This document shows positions 28,726-37,738 of a stretch of 64,000 bases of DNA, piece by piece. The notes under the pieces are model-generated. The model worked only from the letters and a program-made list of their open reading frames with translations, did not search any database and had not been told where the DNA came from. The stretch's first letter is position 1. Each line of letters starts with the position of its first letter. A program made the position numbers and the translations under genes. Source of the DNA: Candidatus Woesearchaeota archaeon (lineage in GTDB: Archaea; Nanobdellota; Nanobdellia; SCGC-AAA011-G17; JAGVZF01); NCBI GenBank assembly GCA_964549185.1, contig CAZJUI010000001.1, forward strand, positions 850 through 64,849, given 5' to 3'.

Positions 28726-29850
28726 CTATTTCAAATAAATCTCCATAACTCTTTCCGCTATTTTATCCCAGTCATATTGTTTAGCTTTAATAACATTATT
28801 CTTACTTATCTTGCCCCTTAACTTCTTATTATCAACTAACTTTAACACATTAAGCTTTAAACAATTAATATCTCCATAATCGCAGAAAAATCCATTTTCC
28901 TTATCTTTCATTTCATAAGGAATTCCATTAACAGGACTAGCAACTACAGGCAATCCACAAGCAAAGCTTTCAAAAATTGTCAGTGGCAATCCTTCTCTAA
29001 AGCTAGGCATAACATAAACTTCGCTTGCTTGATACATCTTAATAACCTCTTTTCTATCTCTTATTGCTCCCAAAATCTTTATTCTTTTGTCAGCTAATCT
29101 CTTAACATCTTCCAACATTCCTTCATCAGGTCCAACAATAACAAAATCTAGATCTTTTCTTTCTTTTAATAAATCATTAGCCATTAAAACAAATTTATCT
29201 ACTCCTTTGGTTTTATTCAATCTTCCAAAAAATAATATTAATTTACCTTTAATTCCATGTTTCTTTTTGAAATCATTTTTCTTAATTCTCTTAAAAAACT
29301 CCTTGCCCATTCCATTTGGTATAATTTCAATCTTTCCTTTTCCGCCGTATTTTTCAATAAATTGTATTTCCCAAGGTGTTATCGCAATTATCTTATCAGT
29401 CCATCTAAAACTTAATCTCATAAATGTATTATAAACAATTCCCAGTAATACTTTAGCAAAAAAACTTCTATTCTCTGTAGTCCATGGACAATGCGTCGTA
29501 TGAATTAATTTTATTCCTCTAAATTTTGCGTTTAAAGCTCCAAAAAATTGATGAGCATGTCCTGCAACATGTGTATGAATTACATCAAAATCTTCTTTAT
29601 TTAATTTAAATAAAACGCTTGGCCAAAAAGTAGAGAAATTAGCAACTTTAAACCAAGAATAACATCTATGAACATGAATTCCATCAATTATCTCTTCTTT
29701 AATTTTTAATCTTTCTTTCTTATCATTATCAACAGTATAAACATGAACTTCATGTCCTTCTTTAATAAATCTCTGGCTTAGTTCATAAATTACTTGTGCT
29801 GGTCCATCCACGGCAGGAAAAAAATATGAGCATAAATAAGCTATTTTCAT
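28726..29850 (-). CDS. GT4 glycosyltransferase (GT-B, retaining).
   Basis: The C-terminal EGLPLTIFESFACGLPVVASPVNGIPYEM segment (Ex7E motif) and overall length are typical of GT4. Confidence 0.8.
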   Translation of the reverse strand: MKIAYLCSYFFPAVDGPAQVIYELSQRFIKEGHEVHVYTVDNDKKERLKIKEEIIDGIHVHRCYSWFKVANFSTFWPSVLFKLNKEDFDVIHTHVAGHAHQFFGALNAKFRGIKLIHTTHCPWTTENRSFFAKVLLGIVYNTFMRLSFRWTDKIIAITPWEIQFIEKYGGKGKIEIIPNGMGKEFFKRIKKNDFKKKHGIKGKLILFFGRLNKTKGVDKFVLMANDLLKERKDLDFVIVGPDEGMLEDVKRLADKRIKILGAIRDRKEVIKMYQASEVYVMPSFREGLPLTIFESFACGLPVVASPVNGIPYEMKDKENGFFCDYGDINCLKLNVLKLVDNKKLRGKISKNNVIKAKQYDWDKIAERVMEIYLK

Positions 29851-29851
29851 T

Positions 29852-30724
29852 TCAATACTTCCTGAAAGCTTCTTTCACTCCATCCCAGCTTCCTTTATAA
29901 ACTGATTTTATTAAATCAAATTGTCTTCTAAAAATAAATAATATAGCTTGAACTTGAATTATCACAATAAAATGTATTAATAAAAATAATAAAAATCTAA
30001 ACAATTTTAAATGTTTCTTTAATAATATTATCCTATTTCTATATAAATAATAAACAACAAATTTATTCTTCTTTCCGCCAGAACTTCCATAAACTTTATG
30101 ATAAACTTTCGCATTCGGATTAATATAAGCCTTAAATCCCTTTTCATATGCCTTAAAAATTAAATCTTCTGTCTCACAATACATAAAGAAATTTTCATCA
30201 TACATCCCAACCTCTTTTATTATTTTATTACTTATTAACAAAGCACAAGCATCCAAATATTCATTCTTCTTTAGTTCAGCTGGAGCATAATAATCTTTTA
30301 GGGGTTTAGCAATCCCTGTTATAAAATCTAATTTCCCACCTAATGAATCTAAATCCTTTGAATAATAATTAAATATCGCGCTTCCAACAAATCCGATTCT
30401 TTCATCTTTAATTGCAACATTAACTAACTCCTTTAATAAAAATTTATCAACAACTGCATCGCTGTTTAATAATAAGTAATAATCATAGTTTTTATTCTCT
30501 CTTATTACTAGATTAACAGCTCCTGTAATTCCTGAATTTACTTTATTTTTCATTAACTTAACATTTTTAATCTTCTTTAACTTCTCTATGCTTTTACTTG
30601 CATTATCTACAATTAATATCTCATAATTTTTATATTCCAATCTTCTTATGCTCTCAATTAATTCAATCGTATCATCTTCCGTATTATAATTTACAATTAT
30701 TATCAAAACCTTAGGTTCTTTCAT
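29852..30724 (-). CDS. GT2 glycosyltransferase (cytoplasmic, rhamnosyltransferase-like).
   Basis: VLIIIVNYNTEDDTIELIESI...ILIVDNASK plus a DxD region. Confidence 0.7.
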   Translation of the reverse strand: MKEPKVLIIIVNYNTEDDTIELIESIRRLEYKNYEILIVDNASKSIEKLKKIKNVKLMKNKVNSGITGAVNLVIRENKNYDYYLLLNSDAVVDKFLLKELVNVAIKDERIGFVGSAIFNYYSKDLDSLGGKLDFITGIAKPLKDYYAPAELKKNEYLDACALLISNKIIKEVGMYDENFFMYCETEDLIFKAYEKGFKAYINPNAKVYHKVYGSSGGKKNKFVVYYLYRNRIILLKKHLKLFRFLLFLLIHFIVIIQVQAILFIFRRQFDLIKSVYKGSWDGVKEAFRKY

Positions 30725-30758
30725 AAAATTATTAAGAACAATAAGCTTTTAAAACTAA

Positions 30759-31679
30759 TTATCCGATTGCAATCAATACTGTTCCAAAAATCATAATTAA
30801 AGCAGCTACAACATTCTTTATTATTCCTCTTTCTTTAAAGAAAATATATCCATAGATTATGCTAAAAACAATGCTTAATCTTTTTACAGATATCATATAA
30901 GCATTTAAAGTTAAACTTTGCGCTTTGAAAGAAGCCAAGCTCATCAAAGCGCTTAATGTTCCTATTATCAACAATATCCATATATTAGTTTTACTAGCTG
31001 TCCTTATTGGATTTTCTTTAAATCTTATCATTATATATAATGTAGATACAATACAGATTGAAATTATAGCCAATCCAGAAACAGCTAATGGGTTTTTTGT
31101 TTGATTTATTAAAATTTTATACAGTGGAGTTACAACAGCATATAAAAAAGCAGCTATAAGCATATACATTGATCCTTTATCTCTGAATAAGCTTCTAATT
31201 GGTTGGAATGAAATAAATCTTCCTTCTGTTTTTATTATATAAGATCCAAGAAATATCAAAAAAATCCCGATTGCTCCCAATAATGATGGTATTTCATTCA
31301 AAAAAATCCATGATATTATTGTTAAAAAAACAGGTGTAAAACTCAAAAAAGGAACTGTAATTGCTAATCCAGATATTTTAATTGCCTTTACATATAAAAT
31401 TATCGCTATCATCTCTAAAATTCCTGTAACAAAAAGCAAGAGAATTGATAATAAATCTAAATTCGGAATCTTTACAATAAATAATGTTATTATAATTATT
31501 GGTAAAGAAAAAAACCATACTGCCCATGAAACAATATAATCATTATATCTATTTAACGCTAGTTTCTGAACTAAATTATTCGTAGCTGTACTTAGTGCTG
31601 CAAATAAAGATAGTATTAGCCAAAGCATATTTATATTAAAAAAACACAGTTTAAAAAACTTGTTATTAATTAAAAACAT
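30759..31679 (-). CDS. DMT-superfamily (EamA-like) 10-TM transporter.
   Basis: 306 aa, arranged as two blocks of five hydrophobic helices. The annotated start overlaps the divergent neighbour, so the true start may be the internal Met near 31628. Confidence 0.45.
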   Translation of the reverse strand: MFLINNKFFKLCFFNINMLWLILSLFAALSTATNNLVQKLALNRYNDYIVSWAVWFFSLPIIIITLFIVKIPNLDLLSILLLFVTGILEMIAIILYVKAIKISGLAITVPFLSFTPVFLTIISWIFLNEIPSLLGAIGIFLIFLGSYIIKTEGRFISFQPIRSLFRDKGSMYMLIAAFLYAVVTPLYKILINQTKNPLAVSGLAIISICIVSTLYIMIRFKENPIRTASKTNIWILLIIGTLSALMSLASFKAQSLTLNAYMISVKRLSIVFSIIYGYIFFKERGIIKNVVAALIMIFGTVLIAIG

Positions 31680-31707
31680 TTATAACTTTTTCCACCATTC
31701 CATATTT

Positions 31708-33471
31708 ATGAAAGATGTAAAGATCGGTGACAAGATAATTGGCAAAGGCCATCCTGTCTTTGTTATAGCAGAAACAGCCTCTAGCCATGTAGGAAATAAA
31801 GAAAAACTTAAACAACTAATTAAAGCTGCAATAGATTCAGATGCAGACGCAATTAACCTACAAAAATTCTATGCAAATGAGCTTGCTGTTCCTCAAAATC
31901 CACAGCATAAAGACTTAGCAATTATTGAACTTAAAGATTCAGATTGGAAAGAAATCCTAGATTATACTAAAACATTAAACACAATTATTATAGGAAATCC
32001 ATTTGATGAATCAAGTGTTGATTTTTTTGATCCTTATGTAGATGCTTTCAAAATCCACTCTACTGATATTAATAATCCAGAAATGTTAACCAAAGTTGCA
32101 AAAAAGAATAAACCTATGTTTCTCGGTATTGGAGGAGCAAAACCTTTTGAAATAAAAAGAGCAATTAAAATTCTTCAATCAACTGGAAATGATCAAATCG
32201 TCTTAATGCATGGTTTTCAAGCCTTCCCAACAAGATTAGAAGATAGTAATCTAAAATTAATACCGACAGCAGAAAAAGAATATGATCTTCCAACTGGTTT
32301 TCTAGATCATATTGATGCAGAGACAAAGATGGCAATGGTTCTTCCATTATTATCTGTAGTTCAAGGAGCTGTTTTAATTGAAAAACATATCACTCTAGAC
32401 AGAAAATTAAAAGAATATGATTACTTTTCTGCTTTACATCCAAATGAATTCAAAGAAATGATGTTCTTAATTAGAGAAACAGAAAAAGCAATCGGTCATG
32501 GACAATTTATTCAATCAGAAGGTGAAGTTGGATATAATACCATGATGAAAAAGAATTTAGTTGCAAAAGTTCAAATAAAAAAAGATACAATTTTAACAAA
32601 AGATATGATAACTTTCAAAAGAGCTCGAGTTAATCCAGGACCTTCTCCAATTGATATAGAAAAATTTATAGGTAAATCAATAAATAAAGACTTAAATGAA
32701 AATGATCCAATTACAATGGAAGATTTAAATCTTAAATCAATTATTACATTGGCTGTTAGAATGAAATCATCTAGATTGCCAAGAAAAGCTCTAGCTGTAG
32801 TTGAAGATCAAACTGTTATCGAACATTTAATTGATAGAATGAAACTTTGTAAAGTCCCATCTGATTTAATTTTATGTACATCAACTCATCCAGATGACGC
32901 TGTTTTAATAGATATCGCAAAGAAAAAAGATATAAAATATTTTGCAGGTTCAGAAGATGATGTTATGGATCGTTTCATTAAAGCAGCATTGCCTGAAAAA
33001 GCAGATATAATTGTAAGAGTTACAGGAGATAATATTTTCACAGATCCTGAATGGCTTGATGAAACAATAAGATTCCATATAAAAAATAATCTAGATTATT
33101 CATTGCAGGATGGACTTCCAATTGGTTGTGTTTCAGAAGTTATCACTCTACATAATTTAATTAAAGCTCATGAAGCAGCTCTAGATCCTGAAAATACAGA
33201 ATATATGACATATTATTTAAGAAATGAAGATTATTTCAAGGGAAAACAATTAAAAGTTTCAGATGAATTTTATTTTCCAAATTACAGATTAACAATAGAT
33301 AATCCAGAAGATTTACAATTAATTCAAGCAATCTTTAAAGAACTTTACACTCCTGGAAAAGTAATTCCATTAAAGGATGTTCTAAATTTAATAAATAAAA
33401 AGCCTGAATTGCTAAATATAAATAAAAATGTTCAAGGAATACAATTTACAGTTAAGGGTTTGAAAAGTTAG
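31708..33471 (+). CDS. Fusion: NeuB-like nonulosonic acid synthase (N-terminal) plus SpsF/PseF-like cytidylyltransferase (C-terminal).
   Basis: The N-terminus KIGDKIIGKGHPVFVIAETASSHVGN...DADAINLQKF parallels the NeuB ORF at 37739. The C-terminal half has LAVRMKSSRLPRKAL (the SxRLPxK cytidylyltransferase motif, CTP_transf_3). I moved the start to ATG 31708; the track's TTG at 31660 would overlap the divergent gene. Confidence 0.65.
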   Translation: MKDVKIGDKIIGKGHPVFVIAETASSHVGNKEKLKQLIKAAIDSDADAINLQKFYANELAVPQNPQHKDLAIIELKDSDWKEILDYTKTLNTIIIGNPFDESSVDFFDPYVDAFKIHSTDINNPEMLTKVAKKNKPMFLGIGGAKPFEIKRAIKILQSTGNDQIVLMHGFQAFPTRLEDSNLKLIPTAEKEYDLPTGFLDHIDAETKMAMVLPLLSVVQGAVLIEKHITLDRKLKEYDYFSALHPNEFKEMMFLIRETEKAIGHGQFIQSEGEVGYNTMMKKNLVAKVQIKKDTILTKDMITFKRARVNPGPSPIDIEKFIGKSINKDLNENDPITMEDLNLKSIITLAVRMKSSRLPRKALAVVEDQTVIEHLIDRMKLCKVPSDLILCTSTHPDDAVLIDIAKKKDIKYFAGSEDDVMDRFIKAALPEKADIIVRVTGDNIFTDPEWLDETIRFHIKNNLDYSLQDGLPIGCVSEVITLHNLIKAHEAALDPENTEYMTYYLRNEDYFKGKQLKVSDEFYFPNYRLTIDNPEDLQLIQAIFKELYTPGKVIPLKDVLNLINKKPELLNINKNVQGIQFTVKGLKS

Positions 33472-33512
33472 TTTTATAAAGTTTTTGGTATTTTAAATAA
33501 TGGGGTATAAAA

Positions 33513-33857
33513 ATGGAACAATTAGACAAAAAAATAACTTTTGAAGATGAAGTAACAGTAAATGATCCACTTTATTCCAGTTTAGCTACAACTATTTCTG
33601 CAAGTGGATTTCAAGCAGGTTATGACCAACGGCCATGGAGGGCTCCAAAAAAAGATGATTTGGTAAGTTCCAAACACATCGATATTTTTTCCTATGAAAC
33701 AAGAAGAACTGGTATTTTTGGATTAAATAAAGAAGCAGAATGGATTGGGAGACTATATCTAAATGATCCTTATTATGGAGCAAGAGAAAATTGCAGATGG
33801 GTATTAGATGTTCACGGAAGAAAAAATATTCCGGTATTAACAGAGCTTGCAAAATAA
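33513..33857 (+). CDS. Hypothetical small protein. Its C-terminal domain is shared with the ORF at 34279.
   Basis: 114 aa. The C-terminal GRLYLNDPYYGARENCRWVLDVHGRKNIPVL aligns with GYLYFNDPNKWKMEVYGRNNINKL of the ORF at 34279. Confidence 0.35.
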   Translation: MEQLDKKITFEDEVTVNDPLYSSLATTISASGFQAGYDQRPWRAPKKDDLVSSKHIDIFSYETRRTGIFGLNKEAEWIGRLYLNDPYYGARENCRWVLDVHGRKNIPVLTELAK

Positions 33858-33974
33858 ATATCAAAACCACATAATGTAAATGTCCATCTAAGATTAATGA
33901 CTGAAAGAACAATATATGAAGGACAATATGAAGGAGATGACATCTGTTAATTTTGATTTATTATATAAATAAAA

Positions 33975-34277
33975 ATGATAGACCCAGAAGATGTAAAATT
34001 AGTAAAGGGAAGGGCAAGTGATTTTAGATTAACCAAAAATTTCACAAATGATTTAGATTTAGAATTTATCTGTATGGTATCATCTGCAGATAGTGGAGAT
34101 ATTCAAGCAGTTAAAGGCAATGTTGATGCAGGTATAAAAGAATTAGCTGCTCGGGCTGGAGCAAATTATATATTTGAATTAGAATATGTTTTTCATTTTG
34201 ATAATAATAATGCTGTAATGAATATCATATGCTATGGAGATGCTTACTTAATAAAGCCTAGAAGAGATAATCAATAA
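33975..34277 (+). CDS. YbjQ/UPF0145-family (DUF74) protein.
   Basis: AARAGANYIFELEYVFHF...MNIICYGDAYLIKP matches the conserved GA(N)A(V)...G(T)AV core of YbjQ-family proteins. 100 aa. Confidence 0.5.
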   Translation: MIDPEDVKLVKGRASDFRLTKNFTNDLDLEFICMVSSADSGDIQAVKGNVDAGIKELAARAGANYIFELEYVFHFDNNNAVMNIICYGDAYLIKPRRDNQ

Positions 34278-34278
34278 A

Positions 34279-34758
34279 ATGCCAATCGATGATGCGTTAA
34301 ATGATTTGCCAAAATCAAAAGAAGCGTCAAAACAGATAGTTGCACCTCCAGAGCCAGAGCAAGCAAATAAAGTAACCTTCATTGATACAATACAGCAATT
34401 TAGAAATAGTTTACAATATCATCTTCCTTACCAACTGGCAACAATTATAAAAAGTAAGGGGTTAGAAGTAACATGGGATAATGGTAATATAGTTTCTTCT
34501 TTAGATTCTCAGCATTTTCTAAAATTTATATCGATGGGAATTGCAGCCCAAAAAAGGTTTTGGTTTGGTCATGACTGGATAGGTTATTTATATTTTAATG
34601 ATCCTAATAAATGGAAAATGGAAGTTTATGGAAGAAATAATATAAATAAATTAAAAAATCTTGCTGACGAAATATCAAAACGGTATTCAAAAGATATAGA
34701 GCTTATATTAGAATTAGAATATCCAAGACCAAAGCCAGTAGGATTTTATAATTTATAA
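34279..34758 (+). CDS. Hypothetical protein sharing a C-terminal domain with the ORF at 33513.
   Basis: 159 aa. Its start is 2 nt after the stop of the YbjQ-like gene. See the shared motif above. Confidence 0.35.
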   Translation: MPIDDALNDLPKSKEASKQIVAPPEPEQANKVTFIDTIQQFRNSLQYHLPYQLATIIKSKGLEVTWDNGNIVSSLDSQHFLKFISMGIAAQKRFWFGHDWIGYLYFNDPNKWKMEVYGRNNINKLKNLADEISKRYSKDIELILELEYPRPKPVGFYNL

Positions 34759-34759
34759 T

Positions 34760-35902
34760 CTAAATCTTTAATTCTTCATAAATTAACCTAACAACCCTTT
34801 CAGTAGCTTTCCCATCATTACCTTCAACAAAGCTTTTCCTTCTTTCTTTTAATTCTTCTCTAAATTCTCCATTATATAATATTTTCATTAAATTAGGAAC
34901 TAACTCTCTTGTCTCATAAACGCCAAGAGAATAACCATTTTTATTAGTAATTAATGGATCTTCTGTTTTTAATCCAACTTGTAAACTTAAAACATCGGTA
35001 TCTAATAAACAAGCTTCCATTAATGAAGTTGACATCATCCCAACTACCAAATTAGAAGCTTTCATTGTCTCTCTCGTATTATAATTATTATTATACTCTC
35101 TTTTTGTTGCATCTTCCTTTCCACTAATAACAAAATTCATATCTTTTAACAATAATGTTCTTTCTGCAATATCTTCAAATGTCTCTCTGGGATGAAATTT
35201 AATCACAAAAGTTCCATGATATCCCATGTCATTCAATCCCTTAGACAATATTTTAAAAATTGTTTCTTCATTATAACCCCAATCAGTCGTTTTATTAGCT
35301 TTAAGATCTCCTTTAATTGGCTGTGAAATAAATGTTATCAAACTTCCTTCTGGGTGCACTCCAAAATATTCTCTTATCTCTTTTCTTTTATTAATTGTAA
35401 ATTTAGCATTTAATTCTCCTATATCATCAAAGTAAGGGTTTCCTGTAATCTTTAATCTTTCTCTAGGTAAACTTTCTTTAACCATTTTCTCCAAACTTTC
35501 TGCATCTAATGCTGTATGAATATCAGGCATGCATCCTAAGTTATCTCCAGTTTTATCATTTCTAACTCTTACAATATAATTTACAGGTAAATCTATAACA
35601 GATAAACTTCTAACTCCTATCCTTCTAGCAGCTAATATTCCTTCTTTTTCAACACACCATCCACCACTGCTTCCAGTAACTAAAAAGTTTGGTTTTTCTT
35701 CTTCCATAGCTATATCACCACTCAAGTAATCATCTAGTTTTCTATGGGGTAAGCCAGCTTGTGTAAATAAACTAACAGCAGGTCCGTTAGCTATTAATGT
35801 CAAATCCACTTTATCATCTTTTTGCAATCTTCTTGCAACAGGGATAACAGAATTCGCACTTCCAGTATATTGCGCTGCCACCATCACTTTAGGTTTTGTC
35901 AC
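34760..35902 (-). CDS. Putative GT-B-fold glycosyl/nonulosonate transferase with a KxHP motif.
   Basis: 380 aa Rossmann-like protein. The VIKFHPRE motif is paralogous to IIKLHPKD in the ORF at 35942. HP motifs are catalytic in bacterial GT-B sialyltransferases and KpsC/S-type transferases. This is an assignment by motif only. Confidence 0.3.
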   Translation of the reverse strand: MTKPKVMVAAQYTGSANSVIPVARRLQKDDKVDLTLIANGPAVSLFTQAGLPHRKLDDYLSGDIAMEEEKPNFLVTGSSGGWCVEKEGILAARRIGVRSLSVIDLPVNYIVRVRNDKTGDNLGCMPDIHTALDAESLEKMVKESLPRERLKITGNPYFDDIGELNAKFTINKRKEIREYFGVHPEGSLITFISQPIKGDLKANKTTDWGYNEETIFKILSKGLNDMGYHGTFVIKFHPRETFEDIAERTLLLKDMNFVISGKEDATKREYNNNYNTRETMKASNLVVGMMSTSLMEACLLDTDVLSLQVGLKTEDPLITNKNGYSLGVYETRELVPNLMKILYNGEFREELKERRKSFVEGNDGKATERVVRLIYEELKI

Positions 35903-35941
35903 TTTTTATCACAAAATAAAGGTGTAGAAAAATATATAAAT

Positions 35942-37726
35942 CTATTTTATAGATATTTCATCAATAAGATTTATAACTCTTTCGGTGCTTTTTCCATCAA
36001 TTTTATAAGCATAATCCTTAATAAATTTCTCCATGTTTTTTTCTAGTTTTTCCTTAATCTTTTTATTGTTAAAAACCTCATTTATTGCCTTTTTCAATTC
36101 ATTTTCTTCTTTTATATCAATTACACATCCATAATCATTGTAATCAATCATTTCATTACTTCCTTTTATGTTGGCTAAATTTAAAGTAATTACAGGAACA
36201 TTAAACAACATAGATTCAATAACAACAGTAGATGAAGCCCTGCTTATAGTTAAATCTGCAATATTCAAAAAATTATAAATATCATAATCTTTAACAACAA
36301 CAACTTTGTTTTTAATATCCTTTAATCTGCTATTATAGAAATCAACCTCATCTTTTGGATGTAATTTTATTATTAGTTGCTCATCTTGCAAAGAATTAAT
36401 AACCGCCTTGAACATATCTTCTTTCTCTGGAACTGTCTGTGTTCCAAATAATATTATCTTTTTATCTTTATCCAAATTAAATTGTTTATATACTTCTTCT
36501 TTATTATATTGTTTATTTTTAATAATATCGAACTTACTGGCTCCAGTTATAACTATTTTCTTATCATTAACATTATTTTGTAATAAAAATTTCTTTGTAG
36601 CTTCTCCCCAAACAGCTATTTTTGTGCTTGTAACAGGAACAAATCCCAATCTTCCAGCAACTCCATGTTGTAAAACTAAAGATTTTATCTCTAATTTATT
36701 CCCGACAAAAGATACTGTTTTTCCAAATCTATGAACATCACTGCCTATAACAATAACATCTATCTTCTCTTTTTTTATAACAATTTTAATTCCTTCAATT
36801 AGTCTAACAACTTCATAAAAATGTTTAAACACGGTATAATACAATTCATCTTCTAAAATTTCCCATAAATTAATATTATCATACATAAATCTCCTATCTT
36901 GTTGTAAAATTTCCCATATCTGATCAAGCTCTTTCTTCTTTTTATCAAGAATATTATTTATTTCATTTAAATCATAATCCGCAAATGTATTAAATTTAAT
37001 GCCCTTTTTCGCAAATGCCTCCTGAACGTCTAAAGCTAAAGCGAATACTAAATAATTTTTGCCTTGTTTTTTCATCTCTTCTATAATCGGAAGCATTATT
37101 TGCGGATCTAAATTTAAATAGCTAAAAAACATCACTCTCTTATCTCCATAGTTTTTATTCTTATAATTAAAATTTTTTAACTTTACATAATTATCCAAAA
37201 CAACTGGTTTTATGTATCTTCCAGCAATAAATTTTGTTTTTTTTCTAAATATATTCATAAGATTAACATTCCCATTGCTAATAATCTCATATTTAGCATT
37301 CAGTTCCTTCAAACTAGTAATTATTGTTTTGCTTAGAAGATCTTTTCCATCAACTATCAAAAACATATCTGGTTTCTCTTTCTCAATAACCTTCTTTATT
37401 AATTCTACATTTACAATCAAGCTTCTTAAAACAAGTTCAAAATGTAAGCTTGTACATTCATATAATGGAATTCCATCATGCTTTGCCAATTTTTTTGCTT
37501 CAGAAAAACTAATCATTTTCCAATTAATGCTCATATTTCTTATTTTATCACTTAATTCATTAATTAATTTAGTTTCATTGATATAATCACTCTTCGTTTT
37601 AACATTCGTAGAATTAATTTTTTTGTTAGAAAGATTTAGTACTATTCCATCCCCTAAATCTTTTAATCTTCTATCAATCTTATCTAGTTCTTTCTCGTCT
37701 TTTACTATTCCGATAATCCTTGTCAT
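35942..37726 (-). CDS. Two-domain putative GT-B-like transferase (KxHP motif), paralogous to the ORF at 34760.
   Basis: 594 aa. The C-terminal half contains VLQHGVAGRLG and IIKLHPKDE. It is co-oriented with the ORF at 34760 and with NeuB. Confidence 0.3.
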   Translation of the reverse strand: MTRIIGIVKDEKELDKIDRRLKDLGDGIVLNLSNKKINSTNVKTKSDYINETKLINELSDKIRNMSINWKMISFSEAKKLAKHDGIPLYECTSLHFELVLRSLIVNVELIKKVIEKEKPDMFLIVDGKDLLSKTIITSLKELNAKYEIISNGNVNLMNIFRKKTKFIAGRYIKPVVLDNYVKLKNFNYKNKNYGDKRVMFFSYLNLDPQIMLPIIEEMKKQGKNYLVFALALDVQEAFAKKGIKFNTFADYDLNEINNILDKKKKELDQIWEILQQDRRFMYDNINLWEILEDELYYTVFKHFYEVVRLIEGIKIVIKKEKIDVIVIGSDVHRFGKTVSFVGNKLEIKSLVLQHGVAGRLGFVPVTSTKIAVWGEATKKFLLQNNVNDKKIVITGASKFDIIKNKQYNKEEVYKQFNLDKDKKIILFGTQTVPEKEDMFKAVINSLQDEQLIIKLHPKDEVDFYNSRLKDIKNKVVVVKDYDIYNFLNIADLTISRASSTVVIESMLFNVPVITLNLANIKGSNEMIDYNDYGCVIDIKEENELKKAINEVFNNKKIKEKLEKNMEKFIKDYAYKIDGKSTERVINLIDEISIK

Positions 37727-37738
37727 ACTCTATCATAA

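Noticed and set aside
29087-29434. 115-aa plus-strand ORF inside the GT4 gene
   Set aside because: It is antisense to the GT4 gene with its clear Ex7E motif, and has low-complexity composition.
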